A stretch of DNA of 64,000 nucleotides, from contig OZ024740.1 of NCBI GenBank assembly GCA_964016885.1, positions 20,956,001 to 21,020,000 on the forward strand. The letters are read 5' to 3'. Below the pieces are notes generated by a model that saw nothing but the letters and a program-made list of their open reading frames with translations, did not search any database and was not told the DNA's origin. Position numbers and translations under genes: made by a program. Source of the stretch: Eledone cirrhosa (taxonomy: Eukaryota). Below, one piece after another: positions 31,401 to 46,200 of this stretch (positions are counted from its first letter, which is position 1; the number at the start of each line of letters is the position of its first letter).

Positions 31401-34400
31401 TACATTAGACGATGTAGCATTCCTTCTTTCAATGTGATATTATCAGACAGTATATCTTGGACTACATTAGACAATATACCATTCCTTCTTTCAATGTGAT
31501 ATTATCAGACAGTATATCTTGGACTACATTAAACAATGTACCATTCCTTCTTTCAATGTTATATTATCAGACAGTATAACTTGGACTACATTAGACGATG
31601 TACCATTCCTTCTTTCAATGTCATATTATCAGACAGTATATCTTGCACTACATTAGACAATGTACCATTCCTTCTTTCAAGGTGATAATATCAGACAGTA
31701 TATCTTGGACTACATTAGACGATGTAGCATTCCTTCTTTCAATGTGATATTATCAGACAGTATATCTTGGACTACATTAGACAATATACCATTCCTTCTT
31801 TCAATGTGATATTATCAGACAGTATATCTTGGACTACATTAGACAATGTACCATTCCTTCTTTCAATGTGATATTATCAGACAGTATAACTTGGACTACA
31901 TTAGACAATATACCATTCCTTCTTTCAATGTGATATTATCAGACAGTATATCTTGGACTACATTAGTCAATGTACCATTTCTTCTTTCAAGGTGATATTA
32001 TCAGACAGTATATCTTGGACTACATTAGACGATGTACCATTCCTTCTTTCAAGGTGATATTATCAGACAGTATAACTTCGACTACATTAGACAATGTACC
32101 ATTCCTTCTTTCAAGGTGATATTATCAGACAGTATATCTTGGACTACAGTAGACAATATACCATTCCTTGTTTCAATGTCATATTATCAGACAGTATATC
32201 TTGGACTACATTAGACAATGTACCATTTCTTCTTTCAATGTGATATTATCAGACAGTATATCTTGGACTACATTAGAAAATATACCATTCCTTCTTTCAA
32301 GATGATATCATCAGACAGTATATCTTGGACTACATTAGACAATGTACCATTCCTTCATTTAATGGGATATTATCAGACAGTATACCTTCGACTACATTAG
32401 ACAATATACCATTCCTTGTTTCAATGTGATATTATCAGACAGTATATCTTGGACTACATTAGACAATGTACCATTGCTTCTTTCAAGGTGATATTATCAG
32501 ACAGTATATCCTGGACTACATTAGACAATATACCATTCCTTGTTTCAATGTGATATTAACAGACAGTATATCTTGGACTACATTAGACAATGTACCATTC
32601 CTTCTTTCAAGGAGATATTATCAGACAGTATATCTTCGACTACATTAGACAATGTACCATTCCTTCTTTCAAGGAGATATTATCAGACAGTATATCTTCG
32701 ACTACATTAGACAATGTACCATTCCTTCTTACAAGGTGATATTATCAGACAGTATATCTTGGACTACATTAGACAATGTACCATTCCTACTTTCAATGTG
32801 ATATTATCAGACAGTATATCTTGGACTACATTAGACAATGTACCATTTATTCTTTCAATGTGATATTATCAGACAGTATATCTTGGGCTACATTAGACAA
32901 TATACCAGTCCGTGTTTCAACGTGATATTATCAGACAGTATATCTTGGACTACAATAGACAATGTACCATTTCTTCTTTCAATGTGATATCATCAGACAG
33001 TATATCATGGACTATATTAGACAATGTACCATTCCTTCTTTCAATGTGATATTATCATACAATATCTTGGACTACATTAAACAATGTAACATTCCTTCTT
33101 TCAATGTGATATTATCAGACAGTATAACTTGGACTACATTAGACAATATACCTTTCCTTCTTTCAATGTGATATTATCAGACAGTATATCTTGGACTACA
33201 TTAGACAATGTACCATTCATTCTTTCAATGTCATATTATCAGACAGTATAACTTGGACTACATTAGACAATATACCATTCCTTCTTTCAATGTGATATTA
33301 TCAGACAGTATATCTTGGACTACATTAGACAATGTACCATTCCTTCTTTCAATGTGATATTATCAGACAGTATATCTTGGACTACATTAGACAATATACC
33401 ATTCCTTCTTTCAATGTGATATTATCAGACAGTATATCTTGGACTACATTAGACAATGTACCATTTCTTCTTTCAAGGTGATATTATCAGACAGTATATC
33501 TTGGACTACATTAGACGATGTACCATTCCTTCTTTCAAGGTGATATTATCAGACAGTATAACTTCGACTACATTAGACAATGTACCATTCCTTCTTTCAA
33601 GGTGATATTATCAGACAGTATAACTTGGACTACATTAGACAATATACCTTTCCTTCTTTCAATGTGATATTATCAGACAGTATATCTTGGACTACATTAG
33701 ACAATGTACCATTCATTCTTTCAATGTCATATTATCAGACAGTATATCTTGGACTATATTAGACAATGTACCATTCCTTCTTTCAAGGTGATGTTATCAG
33801 ACAGTATATCTTGGACTACATTAGACAATCTACCATTCCTTCTTTCAAGGTGATATTATCAGTCAGTATATCTTGGACTACATTAGACGATGTACCATTC
33901 CTTCTTTCAATGTCATATTATCAGACAGTATATCTTGGACTACATTAGACAATGTACCATTGCTTCTTTCAAGGTGATATTATCAGACAGTATATCTTGG
34001 ACTACATTAGACGATGTACCATTCATTCTTTCAATGTCATATTATCAGACAGTATATCTTGGACTACATTAGACAATATACCATTCCTTCTTTCAATGTG
34101 ATATTATCAGTATCAGACAGTATATCTTGGACTACATTAGACAATGTACCATTCCTTCTTTCAATGTGATATTATCAGACAGTATATCTTGGACTACATT
34201 AGACAATATACCATTCCTTCTTTCAATGTGATATTATCAGACAGTATATCTTGGACTACATTAGACAATGTACCATTTCTTCTTTCAAGGTGATATTATC
34301 AGACAGTATATCTTGGACTACATTAGACAATGTACCATTCCTTCTTTCAATGGGATATTATCAGACAGTATATCTTGGACTACATTAGACAATATACCAT

Positions 34401-37400
34401 TCCTTGTTTCAATGTGATATTATCAGACAGTATATCTTGGACTACATTATACAATGTACCATTCCTTCTTTCAATGTCATATTATCAGACAGTATATCTT
34501 CGACTACATTAGACAATATAGCATTCCTTCTTTCAACGTGATATTATCAGACTTTTTTTCTTGGACTACAGTAGACAATGTACCATTCCTTCTTTCAAGG
34601 TGATATTATCAGACAGTATATCTTGGACTACAGTAGACAATGTACCATTCCTACTTTCAATATGATATTATCAGACAGTATATCTTGGACTACATTAGAC
34701 AATGTACCATTCCTTGTTTCAATGTGATATTATCAGACAGTATATCTTCGACTACATTAGACAATATAGCATTCCTTCTTTCAATGTGATATTATCAGAC
34801 AGTATATCTTCGACTACATTAGACAATATAGCATTCCTTCTTTCAATGTGATATTATCAGACAGTATATCTTGGACCACAGTAGACAATGTACCATTCCT
34901 TCTTTCAAGGTGATATTATCAGACAGTATATCTTGGACTACAGTAGACAATGTACCATTCCTACTTTCAATGTGATATTATCAGACAGTATATCTTGGAC
35001 TACATTAGACAATGTACCATTTATTCTTTCAAGGTGATATTATCAGACAGTATATCTTGGGCTACATTAGACAATATATCAGTCCTTGTTTCAACGTGAT
35101 ATTATCAGACAGTATAACTTGGACTACAATAGACAATGTACCATTTCTTCTTTCAATGTGATATCATCAGACAGTATATCTTGGACTACATTAGACAATG
35201 TACCATTCCTTCATTCAATGGGATATTATCAGACAGTATATCTTGGACTACTTTAGACAATATACCATTCCTCTTTTCATTGTGATATTATCAGACAGTA
35301 TATCTTGGACTACATTAGACAATGTACCATTCCTTCTTTCAAGGTGATATTATCAGACAGTATATCTTGGACTACATTAGACAATATACCATTCCTTCTT
35401 TCAATGTGATATTATCAGACAGTATATCTTGGACTACATTAGACAATGTACCATTTCTTCTTTCAAGGTGATATTATCAGACAGTATATCTTGGACTACA
35501 TTAGACGATGTACCATTCCTTCTTTCAAGGTGATATTATCAGACAGTATAACTTCGACTACATTAGACAATGTACCATTCCTTCTTTCAAGGTGATATTA
35601 TCAGACAGTATAACTTGGACTACATTAGACAATATACCTTTCCTTCTTTCAATGTGATATTATCAGACAGTATATCTTGGACTACATTAGACAATGTACC
35701 ATTCATTCTTTCAATGTCATATTATCAGACAGTATAACTTGGACTACATTAGACAATATACCATTCCTTCTTTCAATGTGATATTATCAGACAGTATATC
35801 TTGGACTACATTAGACAATGTACGATTTCTTCTTTCAAGGTGATATTATCAGACAGTATATCTTGGACTACATTAGACGATGTACCATTCCTTCTTTCAA
35901 GGTGATATTATCAGACAGTATAACTTCGACTACATTAGACAATGTACCATTCCTTCTTTCAAGGTGATATTATCAGACAGTATATCTTGGACTACATTAG
36001 ACGATATAACATTCCTTCTTTCAATGTCATATTATCAGACAGTATATCTTGGACTACATTAGACAATATACCATTCCTTCTTTATTATCAGACAGTATAT
36101 CAGGGACTACATTAAACAATGTAACATTCCTTCTTTCAATGTGATATTATCAGACAGTATATATTGGACTGCATTAGACAATGTACCATTCCTTCTTTCA
36201 ATTTGATATTATCAGACAGTATAGCTTGGACTACATTAGACAATGTACTATTCCTTCTTTCAATGTGATTTTATCTTGGACTACAGTAGACAATATACCA
36301 TTTCTTCTTTCAAGGTGATATTATCAGACAGTATATCTTGGACTACATTATACAATGTACCATTCCTTCTTTCAATGTCATATTATCAGACAGTATATCT
36401 TCGACTACATTAAACAATATAGCATTCCTTCTTTCAATGTGATATTATCAGACAGTATATCTTGGACTACAGTAGACAATGTACCATTCCCTCTTTCAAG
36501 GTGATATTATCAGAGAGTATATCTTGGACTACAGTAGACAATGTACCATTCCTACTTTCAATGTGATATCATCAGACAGTATATCCTGGACTACATTAGA
36601 CAATGTACCATTCCTTCATTCAATGGGATATTATCAGACAGTATATCTTGGACTACATTAGACAATATACCATTCCTTGTTTCAATGTGATATTATAAGA
36701 CAGTATATCTTGGACTACATTAGACAATGTACCATTCCTTCTTTCAAGGTGATATTATCAGACAGTATATCTTGGACTACATTAGACAATATACCATTCC
36801 TTGTTTCAATGTGATATTAACAGACAGCATATCTTGAACTACATTAGACAATGTACCATTCCTTCTTTCAAGGAGATATTATCAGACAGCATATCTTCGA
36901 CTACATTAGACAATGTACCATTCCTTCTTTCAATGTGATATTATCAGACAGTATATCTTGGACTACATTATACAATGTACCATTCCTTCTTTCAAGGTGA
37001 TATTATCAGACAGTATATCTTGGACTACATTCGACAATGTACCATTCCTTCTTTCAATGTCATATTATCAGACAGTATATCTTCGACTACATTAGGCAAT
37101 ATACCATTCCATCTTTCAATGTGATATTAACAAACAGTATATCTTGGACTACATTAGACAATGTACCATTCCTACTTTCAACGTGATATTATCAGACAGT
37201 ATATCTTGGACTACATTAGACAATGTACCATTTATTCTTTCAATGTGATATTATCACACAGTATATCTTGGGCTACATTAGACAATATACCAGTCCTTGT
37301 TTCAACGTGATATTATCAGACAGTATATCTTGGACTACAATAGACAATGTACCATTTCTTCTTTCAATGTGATATTATCAGACAGTATATCTTCGATTAC

Positions 37401-38174
37401 ATTAGACAATCTACCATTCCTTCTTTCAATGTGATATTATCAGACAGTATATCTTGGACTACATTAGACAATGTACCATTCCTTCTTTCAATGTGATATT
37501 ATCAGACAGTATATCTTGGACTACATTAGAAAATATACCATTCCTTCTTTCAAGGTGATATTATCAGACAGTATATCTTGGAGTACATTAGACAATGTAC
37601 CATTCCTTCTTTACATGGGATATTATCAGACAGTATATCTTGGACTACATTAGACAATATACCATTCCTTGTTTCAATGTGATATTATCAGACAGTATAA
37701 CTTGGACTACATTAGACAATGTACCATTCCTTCTTTCAAGGTGATATTAACAGACAGTATATCTTGGACTACATTAGACAATGGACCATTCCTAATTTCA
37801 AGGAGATATTATCAGACAGTATATCTACGACTACATTAGACAATGTACCATTCCTTCTTTCAAGGTGATATTATCAGACAGTATATCTTGGACTACATTA
37901 GACAATGTACCATTCCTTCTTTCAATGTCATATTATCAGACAGTATATCTTGGACTATATTAGACAATGTACCATTCCTTCTTTCAAGGTGATGTTATCA
38001 GACAGTATATCTTGGACTACATTAGACAATCTACCATTCCTTCTTTCAAGGTGATATTATCAGTCAGTATATCTTGGACTACATTAGACGATGTACCATT
38101 CCTTCTTTCAATGTCATATTATCAGACAGTATATCTTGGACTACATTAGACAATGTACCATTGCTTCTTTCAAG
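18123..38174. repeat. ~10-kb direct tandem duplication: 18123-28086 (9964 bp, 161 monomers) and 28087-38174 (10088 bp, 163 monomers)
   Basis: ORF offsets 18969->28933, 21014->30978, 22998->32962 and 24366->34330 are all 9964 = 161x62-18 (indels -1,-2,+6,-9,-12). The offset becomes 10088 after two extra monomers near 35.4-35.6 kb (25792->35880, 27879->37967). Confidence 0.95.
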
Positions 38175-41100
38175 GTGATATTATCAGACAGTATATCTTG
38201 GACTACATTAGACGATGTACCATTCATTCTTTCAATGTCATATTATCAGACAGTATATCTTGGACTACATTAGACAATATACCATTCCTTCTTTCAATGT
38301 GATATTATCAGTATCAGACAGTATATCTTGGACTACATTAGACAATGTACCATTCCTTCTTTCAATGTGATATTATCAGACAGTATATCTTGGACTACAT
38401 TAGACAATATACCATTCCTTCTTTCAATGTGATATTATCAGACAGTATATCTTGGACTACATTAGACAATGTACCATTTCTTCTTTCAAGGTGATATTAT
38501 CAGACAGTATATCTTGGACTACATTAGACAATGTACCATTCCTTCTTTCAATGGGATATTATCAGACAGTATATCTTGGACTACATTAGACAATATACCA
38601 TTCCTTGTTTCAATGTGATATTATCAGACAGTATATCTTGGACTACATTATACAATGTACCATTCCTTCTTTCAATGTCATATTATCAGACAGTATATCT
38701 TCGACTACATTAGACAATATAGCATTCCTTCTTTCAACGTGATATTATCAGACTTTTTTTCTTGGACTACAGTAGACAATGTACCATTCCTTCTTTCAAG
38801 GTGATATTATCAGACAGTATATCTTGGACTACAGTAGACAATGTACCATTCCTACTTTCAATATGATATTATCAGACAGTATATCTTGGACTACATTAGA
38901 CAATATACCATTCCTTCTTTCAATGTGATATTATCAGACAGTATATCTTGGACTACATTAGACAATGTACCATTCCTTCTTTCAAGGTGATATTATCAGA
39001 CAGTATATCTTGGACTACATTAGACAATATACCATTCCTTCTTTCAATGTGATATTATCAGACAGTATATCTTGGACTACATTAGACAATGTACCATTTC
39101 TTCTTTCAAGGTGATATTATCAGACAGTATATCTTGGACTACATTAGACGATGTACCATTCCTTCTTTCAAGGTGATATTATCAGACAGTATAACTTCGA
39201 CTACATTAGACAATGTACCATTCCTTCTTTCAAGGTGATATTATCAGACAGTATAACTTGGACTACATTAGACAATATACCTTTCCTTCTTTCAATGTGA
39301 TATTATCAGACAGTATATCTTGGACTACATTAGACAATGTACCATTCATTCTTTCAATGTCATATTATCAGACAGTATAACTTGGACTACATTAGACAAT
39401 ATACCATTCCTTCTTTCAATGTGATATTATCAGACAGTATATCTTGGACTACATTAGACAATGTACGATTTCTTCTTTCAAGGTGATATTATCAGACAGT
39501 ATATCTTGGACTACATTAGACGATGTACCATTCCTTCTTTCAAGGTGATATTATCAGACAGTATAACTTCGACTACATTAGACAATGTACCATTCCTTCT
39601 TTCAAGGTGATATTATCAGACAGTATATCTTGGACTACATTAGACGATATAACATTCCTTCTTTCAATGTCATATTATCAGACAGTATATCTTGGACTAC
39701 ATTAGACAATATACCATTCCTTCTTTATTATCAGACAGTATATCAGGGACTACATTAAACAATGTAACATTCCTTCTTTCAATGTGATATTATCAGACAG
39801 TATATATTGGACTGCATTAGACAATGTACCATTCCTTCTTTCAATTTGATATTATCAGACAGTATAGCTTGGACTACATTAGACAATGTACTATTCCTTC
39901 TTTCAATGTGATTTTATCTTGGACTACAGTAGACAATATACCATTTCTTCTTTCAAGGTGATATTATCAGACAGTATATCTTGGACTACATTATACAATG
40001 TACCATTCCTTCTTTCAATGTCATATTATCAGACAGTATATCTTCGACTACATTAAACAATATAGCATTCCTTCTTTCAATGTGATATTATCAGACAGTA
40101 TATCTTGGACTACAGTAGACAATGTACCATTCCCTCTTTCAAGGTGATATTATCAGAGAGTATATCTTGGACTACAGTAGACAATGTACCATTCCTACTT
40201 TCAATGTGATATCATCAGACAGTATATCCTGGACTACATTAGACAATGTACCATTCCTTCATTCAATGGGATATTATCAGACAGTATATCTTGGACTACA
40301 TTAGACAATATACCATTCCTTGTTTCAATGTGATATTATAAGACAGTATATCTTGGACTACATTAGACAATGTACCATTCCTTCTTTCAAGGTGATATTA
40401 TCAGACAGTATATCTTGGACTACATTAGACAATATACCATTCCTTGTTTCAATGTGATATTAACAGACAGCATATCTTGAACTACATTAGACAATGTACC
40501 ATTCCTTCTTTCAAGGAGATATTATCAGACAGCATATCTTCGACTACATTAGACAATGTACCATTCCTTCTTTCAATGTGATATTATCAGACAGTATATC
40601 TTGGACTACATTATACAATGTACCATTCCTTCTTTCAAGGTGATATTATCAGACAGTATATCTTGGACTACATTCGACAATGTACCATTCCTTCTTTCAA
40701 TGTCATATTATCAGACAGTATATCTTCGACTACATTAGGCAATATACCATTCCATCTTTCAATGTGATATTAACAAACAGTATATCTTGGACTACATTAG
40801 ACAATGTACCATTCCTACTTTCAACGTGATATTATCAGACAGTATATCTTGGACTACATTAGACAATGTACCATTTATTCTTTCAATGTGATATTATCAC
40901 ACAGTATATCTTGGGCTACATTAGACAATATACCAGTCCTTGTTTCAACGTGATATTATCAGACAGTATATCTTGGACTACAATAGACAATGTACCATTT
41001 CTTCTTTCAATGTGATATTATCAGACAGTATATCTTCGATTACATTAGACAATCTACCATTCCTTCTTTCAATGTGATATTATCAGACAGTATATCTTGG

Positions 41101-43240
41101 ACTACATTAGACAATGTACCATTCCTTCTTTCAATGTGATATTATCAGACAGTATATCTTGGACTACATTAGAAAATATACCATTCCTTCTTTCAAGGTG
41201 ATATTATCAGACAGTATATCTTGGAGTACATTAGACAATGTACCATTCCTTCTTTACATGGGATATTATCAGACAGTATATCTTGGACTACATTAGACAA
41301 TATACCATTCCTTGTTTCAATGTGATATTATCAGACAGTATAACTTGGACTACATTAGACAATGTACCATTCCTTCTTTCAAGGTGATATTAACAGACAG
41401 TATATCTTGGACTACATTAGACAATGGACCATTCCTAATTTCAAGGAGATATTATCAGACAGTATATCTACGACTACATTAGACAATGTACCATTCCTTC
41501 TTTCAAGGTGATATTATCAGACAGTATATCTTGGACTACATTAGACAATGTACCATTCCTTCTTTCAATGTCATATTATCAGACAGTATATCTTGGACTA
41601 TATTAGACAATGTACCATTCCTTCTTTCAAGGTGATGTTATCAGACAGTATATCTTGGACTACATTAGACAATCTACCATTCCTTCTTTCAAGGTGATAT
41701 TATCAGTCAGTATATCTTGGACTACATTAGACGATGTACCATTCCTTCTTTCAATGTCATATTATCAGACAGTATATCTTGGACTACATTAGACAATGTA
41801 CCATTGCTTCTTTCAAGGTGATATTATCAGACAGTATATCTTGGACTACATTAGACGATGTACCATTCATTCTTTCAATGTCATATTATCAGACAGTATA
41901 TCTTGGACTACATTAGACAATATACCATTCCTTCTTTCAATGTGATATTATCAGTATCAGACAGTATATCTTGGACTACATTAGACAATGTACCATTCCT
42001 TCTTTCAATGTGATATTATCAGACAGTATATCTTGGACTACATTAGACAATATACCATTCCTTCTTTCAATGTGATATTATCAGACAGTATATCTTGGAC
42101 TACATTAGACAATGTACCATTTCTTCTTTCAAGGTGATATTATCAGACAGTATATCTTGGACTACATTAGACAATGTACCATTCCTTCTTTCAATGGGAT
42201 ATTATCAGACAGTATATCTTGGACTACATTAGACAATATACCATTCCTTGTTTCAATGTGATATTATCAGACAGTATATCTTGGACTACATTATACAATG
42301 TACCATTCCTTCTTTCAATGTCATATTATCAGACAGTATATCTTCGACTACATTAGACAATATAGCATTCCTTCTTTCAACGTGATATTATCAGACTTTT
42401 TTTCTTGGACTACAGTAGACAATGTACCATTCCTTCTTTCAAGGTGATATTATCAGACAGTATATCTTGGACTACAGTAGACAATGTACCATTCCTACTT
42501 TCAATATGATATTATCAGACAGTATATCTTGGACTACATTAGACAATGTACCATTCCTTGTTTCAATGTGATATTATCAGACAGTATATCTTCGACTACA
42601 TTAGACAATATAGCATTCCTTCTTTCAATGTGATATTATCAGACAGTATATCTTCGACTACATTAGACAATATAGCATTCCTTCTTTCAATGTGATATTA
42701 TCAGACAGTATATCTTGGACCACAGTAGACAATGTACCATTCCTTCTTTCAAGGTGATATTATCAGACAGTATATCTTGGACTACAGTAGACAATGTACC
42801 ATTCCTACTTTCAATGTGATATTATCAGACAGTATATCTTGGACTACATTAGACAATGTACCATTTATTCTTTCAAGGTGATATTATCAGACAGTATATC
42901 TTGGGCTACATTAGACAATATATCAGTCCTTGTTTCAACGTGATATTATCAGACAGTATAACTTGGACTACAATAGACAATGTACCATTTCTTCTTTCAA
43001 TGTGATATCATCAGACAGTATATCTTGGACTACATTAGACAATGTACCATTCCTTCATTCAATGGGATATTATCAGACAGTATATCTTGGACTACATTAG
43101 ACAATATACCATTCCTCTTTTCATTGTGATATTATCAGACAGTATATCTTGGACTACATTAGACAATGTACCATTCCTTCTTTCAAGGTGATATTATCAG
43201 ACAGTATATCTTGGACTACATTAGACAATATACCATTCCT
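23800..43240. repeat. HOR-B family marked by +6/-9/-12 indels and a T7 patch: units of 66 (23802-27878), 68 (33766-37966) and 59 (37967-41609) monomers, plus a partial unit (41610-~43240); interrupted at ~28.1-33.7 kb by duplicated upstream sequence
   Basis: Offsets 4077 = 66x62-15, 4201 = 68x62-15 and 3643 = 59x62-15. Shared markers are tatcagtatcag (+6), tctttattatc (-9), gtgattttatcttgg (-12) and cagacttttttt. Confidence 0.92.
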
Positions 43241-46200
43241 TGTTTCAATGTGATATTAACAGACAGTATATCTTGGACTACATTAGACAATGTACCATTC
43301 CTTCTTTCAAGGAGATATTATCAGACAGTATATCTTCGACTACATTAGACAATGTACCATTCCTTCTTTCAATGTGATATTATCAGACAGTATATCTTGG
43401 TCTACATTAGACAATGTACCATTCCTTCCTTCAAGGTGATATTATCAGACAGTATATCTTGGACTACATTAGACAATGTACCATGCCTTCTTTCAATGTC
43501 ATATTATCAGACAGTATACCTTGGACTACATTAGATAATGTACCATTCCTACTTTCAATGTGATATTATCAGACAGTATATCTTGGACTACATTAGACAA
43601 TGTACCATTTATTCTTTCAATGTGATATTATCAGACAGTATATCTTGGGCTACATTAGACAATATACCAGTCCTTGTTTCAACGTGATATTATCAGACAG
43701 TATATCTTGGACTACAATAGACAAGGTACCATTCCTTCTTTCAATGTGATATCATCAGACAGTATATCATGGACTACATTAGACAATGTACCATTCCTTC
43801 TTTCAATGTGATATTATCAGACAGTATATCTTGGACTACATTAGAGAATGTACCATCCCTTCTTTCAAGGTGATATTATCAGACAGTATATCTTCGATTA
43901 CATTAGACAATGTACCATTCCTTCTTTCAATGTGATATTATCAGACAGTATATCTTGGACTACATTAAACAATATACCTTTCCTTCTTTCAATGTGATAT
44001 TATCAGACAGTATATCTTGGACTACATTAGAAAATATACCATTCCTTCTTTCAAGGTGATATTATCAGACAGTATATCTTGGACTACATTAGACAATGTA
44101 CCATTCCTTCTTTACATGGGATATTATCAGACAGTATATCTTGGATTACATTAGACAATATACCATTCCTTGTTTCAATGTGATATTATCAGACAGTATA
44201 ACTTGGACTACATTAGACAATGTACTTACTATTCCTTCTTTCAAGGTGATATTAACAGACAGTATATCTTGGACTACATTAGACAATGGACCATTCCTAA
44301 TCTCCAGGAGATATTATCAGACAGTATATCTACGACTACATTAGACAATGTACCATTCCTTCTTTCTAGGTGATATTATCAGACAGTATATCTTGGACTA
44401 CATTAGACAATGTACCATTCCTTCTTTCAAGGTGATATTATCAGACAGTATATCTTGGACTACATCAGACAATGTACCATTCCTTCTTTCAATGTCATAT
44501 TATCAGACAGTATATCTTGGACTATATTAGACAATGTACCATTCCTTCTTTCAAGGTGATGTTATCAGACAGTATATCTTGGACTACATTAGACAATGTA
44601 CCATTCCTTCTTTCAAGGTGATATTATCAGACATTATACCTTGGACTACATTAGACGATGTACCATTCGTTCTTTCAATGTCATATTATCAGACAGTATA
44701 TCTTGGACTACATTAGACAATGTACCATTGCTTCTTTCAAGGTGATATTATCAGACAGTATATCTTGGACTACATTAGACGATGTACCATTCATTCTTTC
44801 AATGTCATATTATCAGACAGTATATCTTCGACTACATTAGACAATATAGCATTCCTTCTTTCAATGTGATATTATCAGACAGTATATCTTGGACTACATT
44901 AGACAATGTACCATTCCTTCTTTCAATGTGATATTATCAGACAGTATATCTTGGACTACATTAGACAATATACCATTCCTTCTTTCAATGTGATATTATC
45001 AGACAGTATATCTTGGACTACATTAGACAATGTACCATTTCTTCTTTCAAGGTGATAGTATCAGACAGTATATCTTGGACTACATTAGACGATGTACCAT
45101 TCCTTCTTTCAAGGTGATATTATCAGACAGTATATCTTGGACTACATTAGACAATGTACCATTCCTTCTTTCAATGGGATATTATCAGACAGTATATCTT
45201 GGACTACATTAGACAATATACCATTCCTTGTTTCAATGTGATATTATCAGACAGTATATCTTGGACTACATTATACAATGTACCATTCCTTCTTTCAATG
45301 TCATATTATCAGACAGTATATCTTCGACTACATTAGACAATATAGCATTCCTTCTTTCAATGTGATATTATCAGACAGTATATCTTGGACTACTGTAGAC
45401 AATGTACCATTCCTTCTTTCAAGGTGATATTATCAGACAGTATATCTTGGACTACAGTAGACAATGTACCATTCCTACTTTCAATGTGATATTATCAGAC
45501 AGTATATCTTGGACTACATTAGACAATGTACCATTTATTCTTTCAAGGTGATATTATCAGACAGTATAACTTGGGTTACATTAGACAATATATCAGTCCT
45601 TGTTTCAACGTGATATTATCAGACAGTATAACTTGGACTACAATAGACAATGTACCATTTCTTCTTTCAATGTGATATCATCAGACAGTATATCTTGGAC
45701 TACATTAGACAATGTACCATTCCTTCATTCAATGGGATATTATCAGACAGTATATCTTGGACTACATTAGACAATATACCATTTCTTCTTTCAATGTGAT
45801 ATTATCAGACAGTATATCTTGGGCTACATTAGACAATATACCAGTCCTTCTTTCAAGGTGATATTATCAGACAGTATATCTTGGACTATATTAGACAATG
45901 TACCATGCCTTCTTTCAATGTCATATTATCAGACAGTATATCTTGGACTACATTAGACAATGTACCATTCCTACTTTCAATGTGATATTATCAGACAGTA
46001 TATCTTGTACTACATTAGACAATGTACCATTTATTCTTTCAATGTGATATTATCAGACAGTATATCTTGGGCTACATTAGACAATATACCAGTCCTTGTT
46101 TCAAAGTGATATTATCAGACAGTATATCTTGGACTACAATAGACAATGTACCATTTCTTCTTTCAATGTGATATCATCAGACAGTATATCATGGACTAAA

